Source of the DNA: an uncultured Actinomycetes bacterium
GTDB lineage: Bacteria; Actinomycetota; Thermoleophilia; Gaiellales; Gaiellaceae
Direction: 5' to 3'
Length of the DNA: 64,000 nt
NCBI GenBank assembly: GCA_963760815.1
Contig: CAVXEJ010000004.1
Span: forward strand, 1,549,402 to 1,613,401
Shown here piece after piece: positions 19,559 to 29,492 of the stretch (positions are counted from its first letter, which is position 1; the number at the start of each line of letters is the position of its first letter). The position numbers and the translations under genes were made by a program. The notes below the pieces were generated by a model. The model worked only from the letters and a program-made list of their open reading frames with translations, was not told the origin of the DNA and searched no databases.

Positions 19559-20734
19559 CTACGGTCGGCCGTCGAGTTTTCCGCGCACGTGGACCGCCTG
19601 GAGCAGGCCCATCATCGCGAGCGTGGCGATCATCGAGCTCCCGCCGTAGCTCACGAACGGGAGCGGGATGCCGGTGATCGGCGCGATCCCGATCGTCATG
19701 CCGACGTTCACGAACACCTGCATCGTGAACGCGAGCACGATCCCTCCGGCCACGACGGCGGTGAAGAGGCTCGGCGCGATCGAGATCGTCCGCAGGCCGC
19801 GCCAGACGATCAGTCCGTAGAGAAGGAGCAGGAACGCTCCGCCGACGAAGCCGCGCTGCTCGGCGAGCGACGAGAAGATGAAGTCGGTCGAGTGCTCGGG
19901 CAGGTAGTTCAGGTTCGTCTGGGTCGCGTTCGCGACGCCCCGCCCGGTCACGCCGCCGGCGCCGACCGCGGTCTCGGACTGGACGATGTTGTAGGTGGCG
20001 CTGTCCGGCGCGCTGTCGGGATTGAGGAAGCCGGTGAGGCGCTCCACCTGGTACGGCTGGAGCACGTCGACGCCGACCGCCGGCAAAAACCAGGCGATCG
20101 AGGCGAGCGTGAGCACGCCGACCGTGGCCAGGACGGCGAGCTGTGACCAGCGCGTCCCGGCGATGAAGAGCGCCGCGGCGAGGATGGCGCCGTAGACGAG
20201 CGCCGTCCCGAAGTCCGGCTCCATGAAGACGAGCACGGCCGGGACGGCGGTGAGCGCGACCGCGCCGAACGTCGTGCGCCACTCCGCGATCTGCCGCGAC
20301 CGCTCGGCGAGGAATCCGGCGATGACGAGGATCATGAGCACCTTGCCGAGCTCGGACGGCTGGAACTGGAAGAAGCCGATGTCGATCCAGCGGCGCGTTC
20401 CCCGCGTCGTGTCGGCCACGACGAGCACGGCGACGAGCGTGACGAGCAGGAACCCGTAGAACGGCCGGCGCAGCGCCTTGAACCGCTCCGGGTTCATGAA
20501 GGCGAGCACGATGAGCGCGATCACGCCGAGGGCGACGTTCACGTACTGGCGCACGACGTAGTAGTCGGGATCGCCGGGCACGTCGTTGCGCGACACCGAG
20601 CCGAGCACCGAAAGTCCGTAGACGATCAGGCCGGCGACCGCGGCGAGCAGGACGAAGTCGAGGTGCCGGATCATGCCCGCGACCTCGGCCGTCCACGGGG
20701 CGCCGCTTCGCCGCTGTTCGACCCTGACCGCCAT
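19559..20734 (-). CDS. rodA: SEDS-family peptidoglycan polymerase RodA
   Basis: Polytopic; FQPSELGKVLMILVIAGFL, LPEHSTDFIFSSLAEQRGFVGG, GIPLPFVSYGGSSM. The start overlaps the mrdA stop. Confidence 0.9.
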   Translation of the reverse strand: MAVRVEQRRSGAPWTAEVAGMIRHLDFVLLAAVAGLIVYGLSVLGSVSRNDVPGDPDYYVVRQYVNVALGVIALIVLAFMNPERFKALRRPFYGFLLVTLVAVLVVADTTRGTRRWIDIGFFQFQPSELGKVLMILVIAGFLAERSRQIAEWRTTFGAVALTAVPAVLVFMEPDFGTALVYGAILAAALFIAGTRWSQLAVLATVGVLTLASIAWFLPAVGVDVLQPYQVERLTGFLNPDSAPDSATYNIVQSETAVGAGGVTGRGVANATQTNLNYLPEHSTDFIFSSLAEQRGFVGGAFLLLLYGLIVWRGLRTISIAPSLFTAVVAGGIVLAFTMQVFVNVGMTIGIAPITGIPLPFVSYGGSSMIATLAMMGLLQAVHVRGKLDGRP

Positions 20735-22704
20735 CAATCGGACTCCACGACGCCGGTCTCGTAAGACCCGGCGGGGACGTTGAAGTAGTGCTCGAACAGC
20801 TTGAGGGCCGCGGGCGCCGCGGCCGTGCCGCCGTGGCCGCCGTTCTCGATCAGCGCGCAGACGACGAGCTCGGCCTTCACGGACGGACCCCAGCCGCACC
20901 ACCACGACTGGTCGCGCAGCCCCTGGAACCCGGGCAGCTGCACGTACTTCTCCGCGGTGCCGGTCTTGCCGGAGATCGGAACCGGGAAGTCGGCGAACAC
21001 GTTCGTGGACGTTCCGTACGAGGCGTGCGTGGCGTCGTAGAGCCCCTCCTGGACGACCTGGATCGCGGCGGGGTCGATGCCGAGGTCGAGCGGCTTCGGA
21101 GCGGTGAACGGCCGCAGCACGAGCGGCGCGGAGCCTTCCGTGTTGTTCTGCTCGATCGCCTTGACGACGCGCGGCTCGACGAGCTTGCCGCCGTTCGCGA
21201 GCATCGCGTACAGCCGCGTCATCTGGAGCGGCGTGACGAGCAGGTCGCCCTGGCCGATGCCGAGCTGCACCGAGTCGCCGTTCGTCCAGACCTTCTCGCG
21301 CGGATCCTTGAAGTGGCGCTTGCGCCACGCGGGCGTCGGCACGAGGCCGTCCGACTCGGGGCCGACGTCGATCCCGGTCGAGACGCCGAAGCCCATCGTG
21401 CGCGCCCACTTCTGGATCGGCGAGTCGGGCCGTTCGTACGCCCGCAGCGCCACCTCGTAGAAGTACGTGTCGCACGAGTTCGCGAGCGCGGTCGTCAGCG
21501 TCATCGGCTCGTTCTTCGTCGGATCCCAGTTCTTGAAGATCTGCTTGTCGCGGCCGACCTCGATCTGCCCGGTGCACTGGATCGGGCTGGACGGGTTGAG
21601 CAGCCCCTCCTGGATCCCGGCGAGCGCGGTGACCGGCTTGAACGTGGAGCCGGGCGGATAGAGGCCGGAGACGGCGCGGTTCAGCGTCGGGTAGTTCGCG
21701 GTCGGGTCGGCGAGCCTCTTGAGATCCTTCGGCTCGACGCGGCCGACGTAGACCGACGGGTCGAACGTCGGGTTCGACGCGAGCGCCAGCACCTCGCCGT
21801 TCCTCGGATCCATGGCCACGATGGCGCCGCCGTTCGCGGCCCACTCCCCGTCGTTGTGGGCGAGACGCACGCCGTACGCGAGCGCATCTTCGGCGGCCCG
21901 CTGGAGATCCGAGTCGATCGTCAGCTTCACGGAGTAGCCCGCCTCCGGCGCGCGACTGAACTGACGGTCGCTCGTCACCTGGCCGAGCGCGTCCACTCGC
22001 ACCTCGCTGATCCCGGGCGTCCCGCGCAGGTTCTGGTCGTAGGCGGACTCAACGCCGGTCTGGCCGATGCGGTCGCCGGCCGCGTAGCCGTCCTTCTCGC
22101 GCTGCTTCAGCTGCTCGGGTGAGATCTCCGAGACGTAGCCGAGGAGCTGCGCGGCGAGGTCGCCCTCGTCGTAGCGGCGAACTTCCGTCTGGGCGAGCTC
22201 GACGCCGGGGAAGTCCGCCTGGTGCTCGAGCAGGTAGAGCACCTTCGCGTTTCGCACGGCGGTCTTGATCGTGACCGGCGTCAGCGGGTCGTTGCGGTGT
22301 TTGCGCAACGCGGTCTGGATCTCGCCCACCTTGAGGTCGAGCAGCGGCGCGAGCTCCTGGAACATCGCCAGGCGCTTGTCCATGGGTATCTCGCGGATCG
22401 CGGCCGGCCACAGCTGCACCGCCGTCGCCGCCCGGTTCGAGACGAGCACGTTCCCGTTGCGGTCGACGATCGTCCCCCGCCGCGCCTCGACCCTCGCGCT
22501 GCGCACCTGGTTGTTCTGCGCCTCGGCGAGGTAGCGCTCGCCGGAGATGACCTGGAGCGACCACAGGCGCAGGAAGAGCGCCGCGAAGAGCGCGATCGCG
22601 ACCGCCCCGAGGATCGCGATGCGAAGCGCGGTCTGCGGCGTCAGGCGGTAGGGCTCCTCGACGCGGGGGTCGCGCGGGAGGAAGCCGGGGAGTTGGCTAG
22701 ACAG
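20734..22704 (-). CDS. mrdA: Penicillin-binding protein 2 (transpeptidase); N-terminal TM anchor lies upstream of the first canonical start, so a CTG start is possible
   Basis: PPGSTFKP (SxxK) and SGKTGTAE (KTG) in ORF 20734..22506. In-frame upstream PRDPRVEEPYRLTPQTALRIAILGAVAIALFAALFLRLWSLQVISG has no ATG/GTG/TTG. AAGGGAG lies 7 nt before CTG at 22702-22704. Confidence 0.85.
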   Translation of the reverse strand: MSSQLPGFLPRDPRVEEPYRLTPQTALRIAILGAVAIALFAALFLRLWSLQVISGERYLAEAQNNQVRSARVEARRGTIVDRNGNVLVSNRAATAVQLWPAAIREIPMDKRLAMFQELAPLLDLKVGEIQTALRKHRNDPLTPVTIKTAVRNAKVLYLLEHQADFPGVELAQTEVRRYDEGDLAAQLLGYVSEISPEQLKQREKDGYAAGDRIGQTGVESAYDQNLRGTPGISEVRVDALGQVTSDRQFSRAPEAGYSVKLTIDSDLQRAAEDALAYGVRLAHNDGEWAANGGAIVAMDPRNGEVLALASNPTFDPSVYVGRVEPKDLKRLADPTANYPTLNRAVSGLYPPGSTFKPVTALAGIQEGLLNPSSPIQCTGQIEVGRDKQIFKNWDPTKNEPMTLTTALANSCDTYFYEVALRAYERPDSPIQKWARTMGFGVSTGIDVGPESDGLVPTPAWRKRHFKDPREKVWTNGDSVQLGIGQGDLLVTPLQMTRLYAMLANGGKLVEPRVVKAIEQNNTEGSAPLVLRPFTAPKPLDLGIDPAAIQVVQEGLYDATHASYGTSTNVFADFPVPISGKTGTAEKYVQLPGFQGLRDQSWWCGWGPSVKAELVVCALIENGGHGGTAAAPAALKLFEHYFNVPAGSYETGVVESD

Positions 22705-23216
22705 TTGCGGGCTCCCTTCGGTCGCGCGGGTCCGACTTGAAGATGCGCCCGACGAGCTTGTAGACCGGGTAGGCGATGAGCACGTTCAGCGCGAGCGTCG
22801 GCAGCAGCACGTGCCCGAAGAGCTCCCCGGCCGGGACGCTCTGGCCGAGCATGAAGTTGAAGATCGCCGAGCCGACCGCGACCCAGACGGTCGCGAGGGC
22901 GAGCGGCGATGAGCGGCGGGTGCGGCGAGTTGCGCGTCGTCGCCTCGCCGAACCGGCCCGTCCAGTAGCCGGCCAGGGTGAGGACGAGCGAGCTCAGGCC
23001 GAGGGGCTGCATCGTCCCGATGTCGAGCACGAACCCGGCCCAGAACCCGGCGACGGCGCCCAGCATGGGACCGCGCAGAAGCGAGAGCGACACGAGCGTG
23101 ACGAGCACCAGGTCGGCATGACCTCCCGCGATCGAGACCGGCGTCACGAAGCTGATCTGGATGAGCACCGCGACGAGCATCACGCCCGCGGTCTTGAGGA
23201 CGTCCGCGACGCTCAT
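22697..23216 (-). CDS. mreD: Rod shape-determining protein MreD; apparent frameshift near 22905-22925
   Basis: MSVADVLKTAGVMLVAVLIQISFV... lies in the ORF 22641..23282 frame. The shifted frame gives LALATVWVAVGSAIFNFMLGQSVPAGELFGHVLLPTLALNVLIAYPVYKLVGRIF, stop at 22697-22699. Confidence 0.75.
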
Positions 23217-24139
23217 TTGCGGCCCTTCGGGACGAGCACGATCACCTCGTGCAGCGACGAGAAGTCGACGAGCGGCGTGCACTGGATGCTCTTGAACGTG
23301 TCGATGTCGCGCTGGCTCGCGCTCGTGACCCGGCAGATCGGGATGTCGCGCGGGTAGAGCGACTCGAACCGCCCGATGTTCGACCCGGCCGTGACGACGA
23401 TGTCGCCGACGTTGACCTCCTCGTCCTTCGAGACGCGGTCGAGGATGAGCGCGTCGGAGCTCATGCCGCGCAGCACGACGCCGGCCGCACCGGTCTCGAG
23501 CACGTACGCGGAGGCGGCGCTGCGCTGGTCGGTGAGCAGGCGCACCTTCGACTCGCTGGGCGCGACCTCGGTCACGGTGCCGACGAGGCCCTGCGGAAGG
23601 ACAACCGGGTCGTCGACCCGGATGCCGTCGTCCGAGCCGGCGGCGATGAGCACGTCCTGGCGGAAGACCGTCTGCGGCTCGACGAACACGCGCGTCGCGA
23701 CGCCGCGGTAGTCCTGCGGAAACCGCGGCCCGTCGCGGAACTTGAGCAGCGCGCGGAAGTTCTCGTTCTCCTCGGCCGCGGTCGCGTTGATGATCACCTG
23801 CTGGCGCAGCTCGCGCACCTCTTTCTCGAGCTTCTCGTTCTCGTCCTTCGCAGAGAGCACGTCGCGGGTCCAGCCGTACGCGTCCTGGAACGGCTGCGCC
23901 ACGCGCTCGCCGGCGATCTCGAACGGCGCGAGGACGCTGATCCCGATCCGCTGCGCTCCGTGGAGCGCGCCGTCCGACGACTCGCGGAAATAGACCGTCA
24001 CGAGCGCCAGCGAGACGAGCACGAGCGCGAACGCGACGAGGCGCGCGCGGTTCGGCTTCCGCTCACGGCTACGCGCCCGCTCGGTGCGAGAAGCGGACGA
24101 ACGAACCAGAGGAATCCGTGCGGTACGAGGCCGTGGCAC
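23213..24139 (-). CDS. mreC: Rod shape-determining protein MreC
   Basis: 308 aa. TM helix, coiled coil (ENEKLEKEVRELRQQ), then GLVGTVTEV...VVTAGSN beta domains. Confidence 0.9.
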   Translation of the reverse strand: MPRPRTARIPLVRSSASRTERARSRERKPNRARLVAFALVLVSLALVTVYFRESSDGALHGAQRIGISVLAPFEIAGERVAQPFQDAYGWTRDVLSAKDENEKLEKEVRELRQQVIINATAAEENENFRALLKFRDGPRFPQDYRGVATRVFVEPQTVFRQDVLIAAGSDDGIRVDDPVVLPQGLVGTVTEVAPSESKVRLLTDQRSAASAYVLETGAAGVVLRGMSSDALILDRVSKDEEVNVGDIVVTAGSNIGRFESLYPRDIPICRVTSASQRDIDTFKSIQCTPLVDFSSLHEVIVLVPKGRK

Positions 24140-24191
24140 GGGAACTACATCCTAGCCGCGTGTGCGGAAAGGCAGACGGTCGACAAGCGCG

Positions 24192-25256
<1,065 letters not shown>

Positions 25257-25294
25257 CTAGCTGTTGCAGGGCTTTCGCTCTACGTTGGAGCGGA

Positions 25295-25354
25295 CGTGTC
25301 CCTTCGGGCCGTGTCCGGGGTCAGACCCCGGACATGGCCGTTTCGGCCGTGCCC
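25295..25354 (+). repeat. REP-like palindromic element, copy 1 (left flank of RAYT gene)
   Basis: cgtgtcccttcgggccGTGTCCGGGGTCAGACCCCGGACATggccgtttcggcc; the core hairpin is CCGGGGTC-A-GACCCCGG. Confidence 0.85.
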
Positions 25355-25413
25355 TTTGTGCCAAAACTGTGCCGTTTTCGGAGGAGCGGAAGGCTGGACC
25401 CTACGCTGAATTC

Positions 25414-25880
25414 GTGCCCCGTCCTCCCCGCATCCAAGTCGCCGGCGGCATCTACCACGTGACCGCTCGAGGGAACCGGCAGCAGGAGATATTTCGTTCC
25501 CCGACGGACTACGAGCTCTACACCGCGATGTTCCGCAGAATCGCGCACAGACTGGGCTGGCGGATCCTCGAGTACTGCCTCATGCCCAACCACGTGCACC
25601 TCGTCTTCGAGACGCCACTGCCGAACTTGTCGCGCGGAATGCAGTGGCTGAGCGGGACGTACGCCGCCTGTTTCAACGCTCGTTACGGACTGTCGGGCCA
25701 CCTGTTCCAGGGCCGGTTCCATTCCGTGCTGATCGAGGACGACGAACACCTCGCAGAACTGTCTCATTACGTTCCGAATAACCCCGTCCGAGCGGGGCTC
25801 TGCGCGCATGCGAACGAGTGGCCGTGGAGCAGCGCCGCCGCGCGCGAGACACGTCGCGAGGGGCCACGGCCGGGGTCTGA
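25414..25880 (+). mobile_element. REP-associated tyrosine transposase (RAYT; IS200/IS605-like Y1 HUH transposase); 3' end uncertain
   Basis: GGIYHVTARGNRQQEIF, LEYCLMPNHVHLVFE (HUH), GHLFQGRFHSVLIEDDEHLAELSHYVPNNPVRAGL (catalytic Tyr region), WPWSS. The frame has no stop until 26454 and reads through REP copy 2. Confidence 0.8.
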
Positions 25881-25904
25881 CCCCGGACACGGCTCGAATG
25901 GACG
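25862..25904 (-). repeat. REP-like palindromic element, copy 2 (right flank of RAYT, inverted relative to copy 1)
   Basis: ggccacggCCGGGGTCTGACCCCGGacacggctcgaatggac. Its reverse complement matches copy 1, including the flank gtcc.ttcg.gcc. Confidence 0.85.
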
Positions 25905-25905
25905 G

Positions 25906-26458
25906 TTAGCCGAGCCCCGGCGCGCCGGCGGGGAAGCGCCGCTCGAGGGCCGCGAGGAGCGCGGCCGCCGGGAGCCCGACCACGTTCAGGTAGTCGCCTT
26001 CGATCCGCTCGACGAGCGCGGCGCCGCGCCCCTGGATCGCGTACGCGCCGGCCCGGCCGTCCCACTCGCCGCTCGCGACGTACGCATCGAGGCCGGCGGC
26101 ACCGACAGGACGGAACGTCACCAGCGTCGTCGCCTCCACCGCCTCCTCCCACCCGGAGCCAACGAGGCAAAGCCCCGAGACCACCGCATGCGTCCGCCCC
26201 GCAAGCCGCCCGAGCATCGCCCGCGCCTCGCGCGGCATCACCCGGCTTCCCGAGCGTGTCGCCGTCGAGCACGACCGTCGTGTCCACGCCGAGCACCAGC
26301 TCGCCCGCCACCGACCGCGCCTTCCCCCGCGCGTGCTCGAGCGGAGACGCGTCGGGCCACACGCCCTCGTCGTACGCCGGCGCCACGACCTCGAACGGAA
26401 TCCCGAGCTGCTCCAGGATCGCGCGCCGCTGCGGAGACGTCGACGCGAGCGTGATCAC
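25906..26458 (-). CDS. maf: Maf-like nucleoside triphosphate pyrophosphatase; apparent frameshift near 26235
   Basis: GTG start gives [25 protein letters not shown]...GVDTTVVLDGDTLGKP, then the shifted frame gives REARAMLGRLAGRTHAVVSGL...GAYAIQGRGAALVERIEGDYLNVVGLP. Confidence 0.85.
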
Positions 26459-27228
26459 GCGGTCTTGCGCGCCTTCCAGATCTCCTCCGACGGCCACTTC
26501 CGGGCCCACTCGAGCGTGACGAAATCCCACTGCCCGGAGTTCCCGCCCTCGGGCGCCTGAAGCTCCAGAAGCTCCTCGACCGCGAAGCCGCTCTCACCGA
26601 GCAGCCGGATCATCTCGCCGTGCGAGACGACGTATTCGACGCTGCCGTCCTCGTCGGGCCATTCGATCCGCCCCAGCCGGCCGAAGTGCGGCGCCTGCAG
26701 CTCGGCCGTCGCCGGCACGGTTCCGTCCACCGGCGAGCACAGGACGAGCAGCGGCGAGGTCCGCAGGAACACGAGCCGCCCGCCCGGGCGCAGAAGCCGC
26801 GCGGCCTCGGGAATCCAGAGAGCCGGGTCGGCCCAGATGCTCGCGCCGTACTCCGACAAGGCGAGGTCGAACGACGCGTCGGGCAGAGGCACCGCCTCGG
26901 CCCCGGCTTGCACGACCGGGAACGAGACCCCGAACTCCTCCTGGAACCGCCGGCAGGTCGCAAGCTGCTCGGTGGACGGATCGACGCCGACGGGACGACC
27001 GCCGCGCCGCGCCACCCACGACGACACGTAACCCGTGCCGCAGCCCAGCTCGACCACATCCGCACCGTCCACGCCAGCGAGGAAATCGATCCCGGCGTCG
27101 GGGATGCCCCAGATCCCCCAGTTCGGCTCGTTCGACTCCCAGTTGCGCCGGCCGGCCTCCACGTACTGGCCGGCCCAGCCGTCCCAGGCCGCGGCATTTC
27201 GCGCGACCGAGTCCGGAACGTCAGTCAA
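26455..27228 (-). CDS. Class I SAM-dependent methyltransferase
   Basis: [26 protein letters not shown] (motif I), LRPGGRLVF. Proposed TTG start overlaps the ndk stop; its own stop overlaps the maf GTG (GTGA). Confidence 0.7.
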   Translation of the reverse strand: MTDVPDSVARNAAAWDGWAGQYVEAGRRNWESNEPNWGIWGIPDAGIDFLAGVDGADVVELGCGTGYVSSWVARRGGRPVGVDPSTEQLATCRRFQEEFGVSFPVVQAGAEAVPLPDASFDLALSEYGASIWADPALWIPEAARLLRPGGRLVFLRTSPLLVLCSPVDGTVPATAELQAPHFGRLGRIEWPDEDGSVEYVVSHGEMIRLLGESGFAVEELLELQAPEGGNSGQWDFVTLEWARKWPSEEIWKARKTA

Positions 27229-27628
27229 GGTCGGGGAACCACAACGCGATCTCCCGCGCGGCCGACTCGGGCGAATCCGACCCGTGGACGAGGTTGTTCG
27301 GCATCGCGAGCGCGAGGTCGCCGCGGATCGTGCCGGGTGCCGCGTCGACGGGGTTCGTGCCGCCCATCGTCGTTCGCACGACGGGAATGGCCGACTCGCC
27401 TTCAAGCACGAGCGCCAGCGTCGGCGCCGAGGTGATGAACTCGACGAGCTCGCCGAAGAACGGCTTCTCGGAGTGCTCCGCGTAGTGCGTCTCGGCGAGG
27501 GCGCGGTCGACCGTCAGGAGCTTGGCCGCGCGGATCGTGAGGCCGCGGTCCTCCATGCGGCCGAGAATCTCGCCGGTGAGCTTGCGCTCCACGGCGTCGG
27601 GCTTGATCAGGAAGAGGGTGCGTTCCAT
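27221..27628 (-). CDS. ndk: Nucleoside diphosphate kinase
   Basis: [15 protein letters not shown]...[20 protein letters not shown], 135 aa. Confidence 0.97.
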   Translation of the reverse strand: MERTLFLIKPDAVERKLTGEILGRMEDRGLTIRAAKLLTVDRALAETHYAEHSEKPFFGELVEFITSAPTLALVLEGESAIPVVRTTMGGTNPVDAAPGTIRGDLALAMPNNLVHGSDSPESAAREIALWFPDLD

Positions 27629-27786
27629 CGATTCGCGGCCTCCAACCGCGCAGTGTCTTCGCGCTTCTTCGCGCGCCAGAAGATCCAGCAGACGACCCCG
27701 AGCGTGATCCAGCCGAGCGCCAGCACGATCGCGAACACGATCGAAAGAGCCGCGCTCTGCTCGGCAGCTACGAGGGCAAGGGACAT
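27607..27786 (-). CDS. Possible 59-aa single-TM micro-protein (below the ORF-track length cutoff)
   Basis: My own translation: [59 protein letters not shown]. The stop overlaps the first codons of ndk. No clear SD. Confidence 0.35.
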   Translation of the reverse strand: MSLALVAAEQSAALSIVFAIVLALGWITLGVVCWIFWRAKKREDTARLEAANRWNAPSS

Positions 27787-27796
27787 GCGCGCCAGG

Positions 27797-28306
27797 CTAG
27801 AGCGTTTCGACGACGCGCGGCGACTCGACCGGCGTCTCGCAGTACGGGCAGATCTGCCAGAGCGGCTCGAGCGGCGCCGAGCAGCGGCGGCACGCCTGCT
27901 TCAGCTTCGTCGTGCAGACGGGACAGACGAGGAAGGTCGAGTCGATGTCCGCGCGGCAGACCGGGCAGCGATCGCCGTCGAGGCCGCCCTCCATCGCCTT
28001 GATCTCGAGCTCGCGCTCGCGCACGTCCTCGATGTACTCGGGCGGACGGAAGAGCATGTAGATGAGCGGCCCCACGAACGGCGGGAAGAGCCCGAGCGCG
28101 ACGGCCATCGCGAGCAGCCACGGATCTTCGATGCGGCGCTTGGCGTCCTTGTAGACCCAGAAGGCCGTGGCGAGCCAGAAGACGACGACGAAGAAGAGCG
28201 TGACGTTGCGGACGAGCAGCCAGACCTCGGAGTCGAGGAAGTCGCTGATAGGCCCGAACGCGTCGTCGTCGGTGGTCGTCTGGAGGAAGAGAAAATACGC
28301 GCTCAC
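27797..28306 (-). CDS. Membrane protein with C-terminal double zinc-ribbon
   Basis: GTG start gives VSAYFLFLQ... Two TM helices, then DRCPVCRADIDSTFLVCPVCTTKLKQACRRCSAPLEPLWQICPYCETPV (4 CxxC pairs). Confidence 0.65.
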   Translation of the reverse strand: MSAYFLFLQTTTDDDAFGPISDFLDSEVWLLVRNVTLFFVVVFWLATAFWVYKDAKRRIEDPWLLAMAVALGLFPPFVGPLIYMLFRPPEYIEDVRERELEIKAMEGGLDGDRCPVCRADIDSTFLVCPVCTTKLKQACRRCSAPLEPLWQICPYCETPVESPRVVETL

Positions 28307-28416
28307 AGGATCATCTTTCCGACGAGCCAGCCTGCGCCGAACGCGAGCGCCACGACCGCGGTGAGCACGATCGCCGCGAGCACGAAGACGCTGACTCGCT
28401 CCCCTACGTGACCCAT
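28303..28416 (-). CDS. Possible 37-aa single-TM micro-protein, translationally coupled (GTGA) to the zinc-ribbon gene
   Basis: MGHVGERVSVFVLAAIVLTAVVALAFGAGWLVGKMIL (tail of ORF 28303..29475). Confidence 0.4.
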   Translation of the reverse strand: MGHVGERVSVFVLAAIVLTAVVALAFGAGWLVGKMIL

Positions 28417-29492
28417 CGTACGTACGCCGGTCGGACAGCGGCAAGACGAGCGATCAGGGTCAGCGAGCCCGTGACGAGCACCGCGCCCGCGGGCCCCGCG
28501 AGCGTGCGCGCCCGCGCGAGCGCCTCGACCGGATCGCCGACGGTCTCGACCTCGGAGAAGTGCCTCGCGGCGATGCGGGCGAGATCGTCGGCCGCAATCG
28601 CGCGCGCGTGACCCGACGAGGTGACGACGGCGCGGCGGCCGACCCGGCCGAGCGCGGAGAGCATCGAGTCGGCGTCCTTGTCGGAGAGGATCGAGACCAC
28701 GAGTGTCCAGTCGTCGGCTTCCGGGAGACGGGCGAGAACGTAGCCGACGCCCGCGACGTTGTGCGCGCCGTCCCAGAGCTCGAGCGGCGCGTCGCCGACC
28801 TGCTCGAGCCGGCCGGGCACCGCGACCTCGCGCGCCGCGGCCGGGTCGACCGGGCGACCGAGCAGCGCCGACGCGGCCAGCACCGCGAGCTCCTCGTTCG
28901 ACTCGCCGTGGAGGCCCTCGCCCCATTCCAGCTCGCCGAGGACGAGCGTCGCACCGGGCCTGACGACCGCCAGCTTTTCGGCCGCGATCTCCTCGCGCGT
29001 GGTCCCGAGATGCTCGGTGTGCTCGAGCGCCACGTTCGTTAGGACGACCACCGGCGCATCGAGGACGTTGGTCGCGTCGAGCCGTCCGCCCAGGCCGGCC
29101 TCGACCACGGCGACGTCGACCTCGCGCGCGGCGAACTCCGCGAACGCGGCCGCGGCGAGCACCTCGAACTGCGTCGCGGCGAGCTCCTCGGCGCCTGGAC
29201 GCACCCGGGCCAGCGCGCGGTCGAGATCGGCCTCCTCGCCGTCCACGCGGATGCGTTCGTCCCAGGTCGTCACGTGCGGCGAGATGAACGCGCCCACCGA
29301 CAGCCCCTCGCCGAGGAGGAGCGCCTCGGTCATCCGCGTCACGCTCGTCTTGCCGTTCGTGCCGACCACGTGGACGGAGCGGAACGCGCGCTGCGGGTCG
29401 CCGAGCCGCGCGAGCACCGCCCGCATGCGGTCGAGCCCTAGCTGCATGCCGAAGAGCTCGAGGCTCTCCAGCCACTCACGATCGGAGCGCAT
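28404..29492 (-). CDS. folC: Folylpolyglutamate synthase / dihydrofolate synthase
   Basis: From MRSDREWLESLELFGMQLGLDRM...HVVGTNGKTSV (P-loop)...VVEAGLGGRLDATNV. The start overlaps the valS 3' end by 17 nt. Confidence 0.85.
   Translation of the reverse strand: MRSDREWLESLELFGMQLGLDRMRAVLARLGDPQRAFRSVHVVGTNGKTSVTRMTEALLLGEGLSVGAFISPHVTTWDERIRVDGEEADLDRALARVRPGAEELAATQFEVLAAAAFAEFAAREVDVAVVEAGLGGRLDATNVLDAPVVVLTNVALEHTEHLGTTREEIAAEKLAVVRPGATLVLGELEWGEGLHGESNEELAVLAASALLGRPVDPAAAREVAVPGRLEQVGDAPLELWDGAHNVAGVGYVLARLPEADDWTLVVSILSDKDADSMLSALGRVGRRAVVTSSGHARAIAADDLARIAARHFSEVETVGDPVEALARARTLAGPAGAVLVTGSLTLIARLAAVRPAYVRWVT

Noticed and set aside
25264-26454. A 396-aa ORF suggesting a large RAYT fusion protein, and the recurring peptide PGSDPGHG/MSGVRPRPWP in many ORF-track entries (e.g. 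38265..38471, 42505..42687, 38178..38378).
   Set aside because: The recurring peptides are simply translations of the REP palindrome in different frames. The part of the ORF beyond ~25900 is antisense to maf and has no protein-like features.
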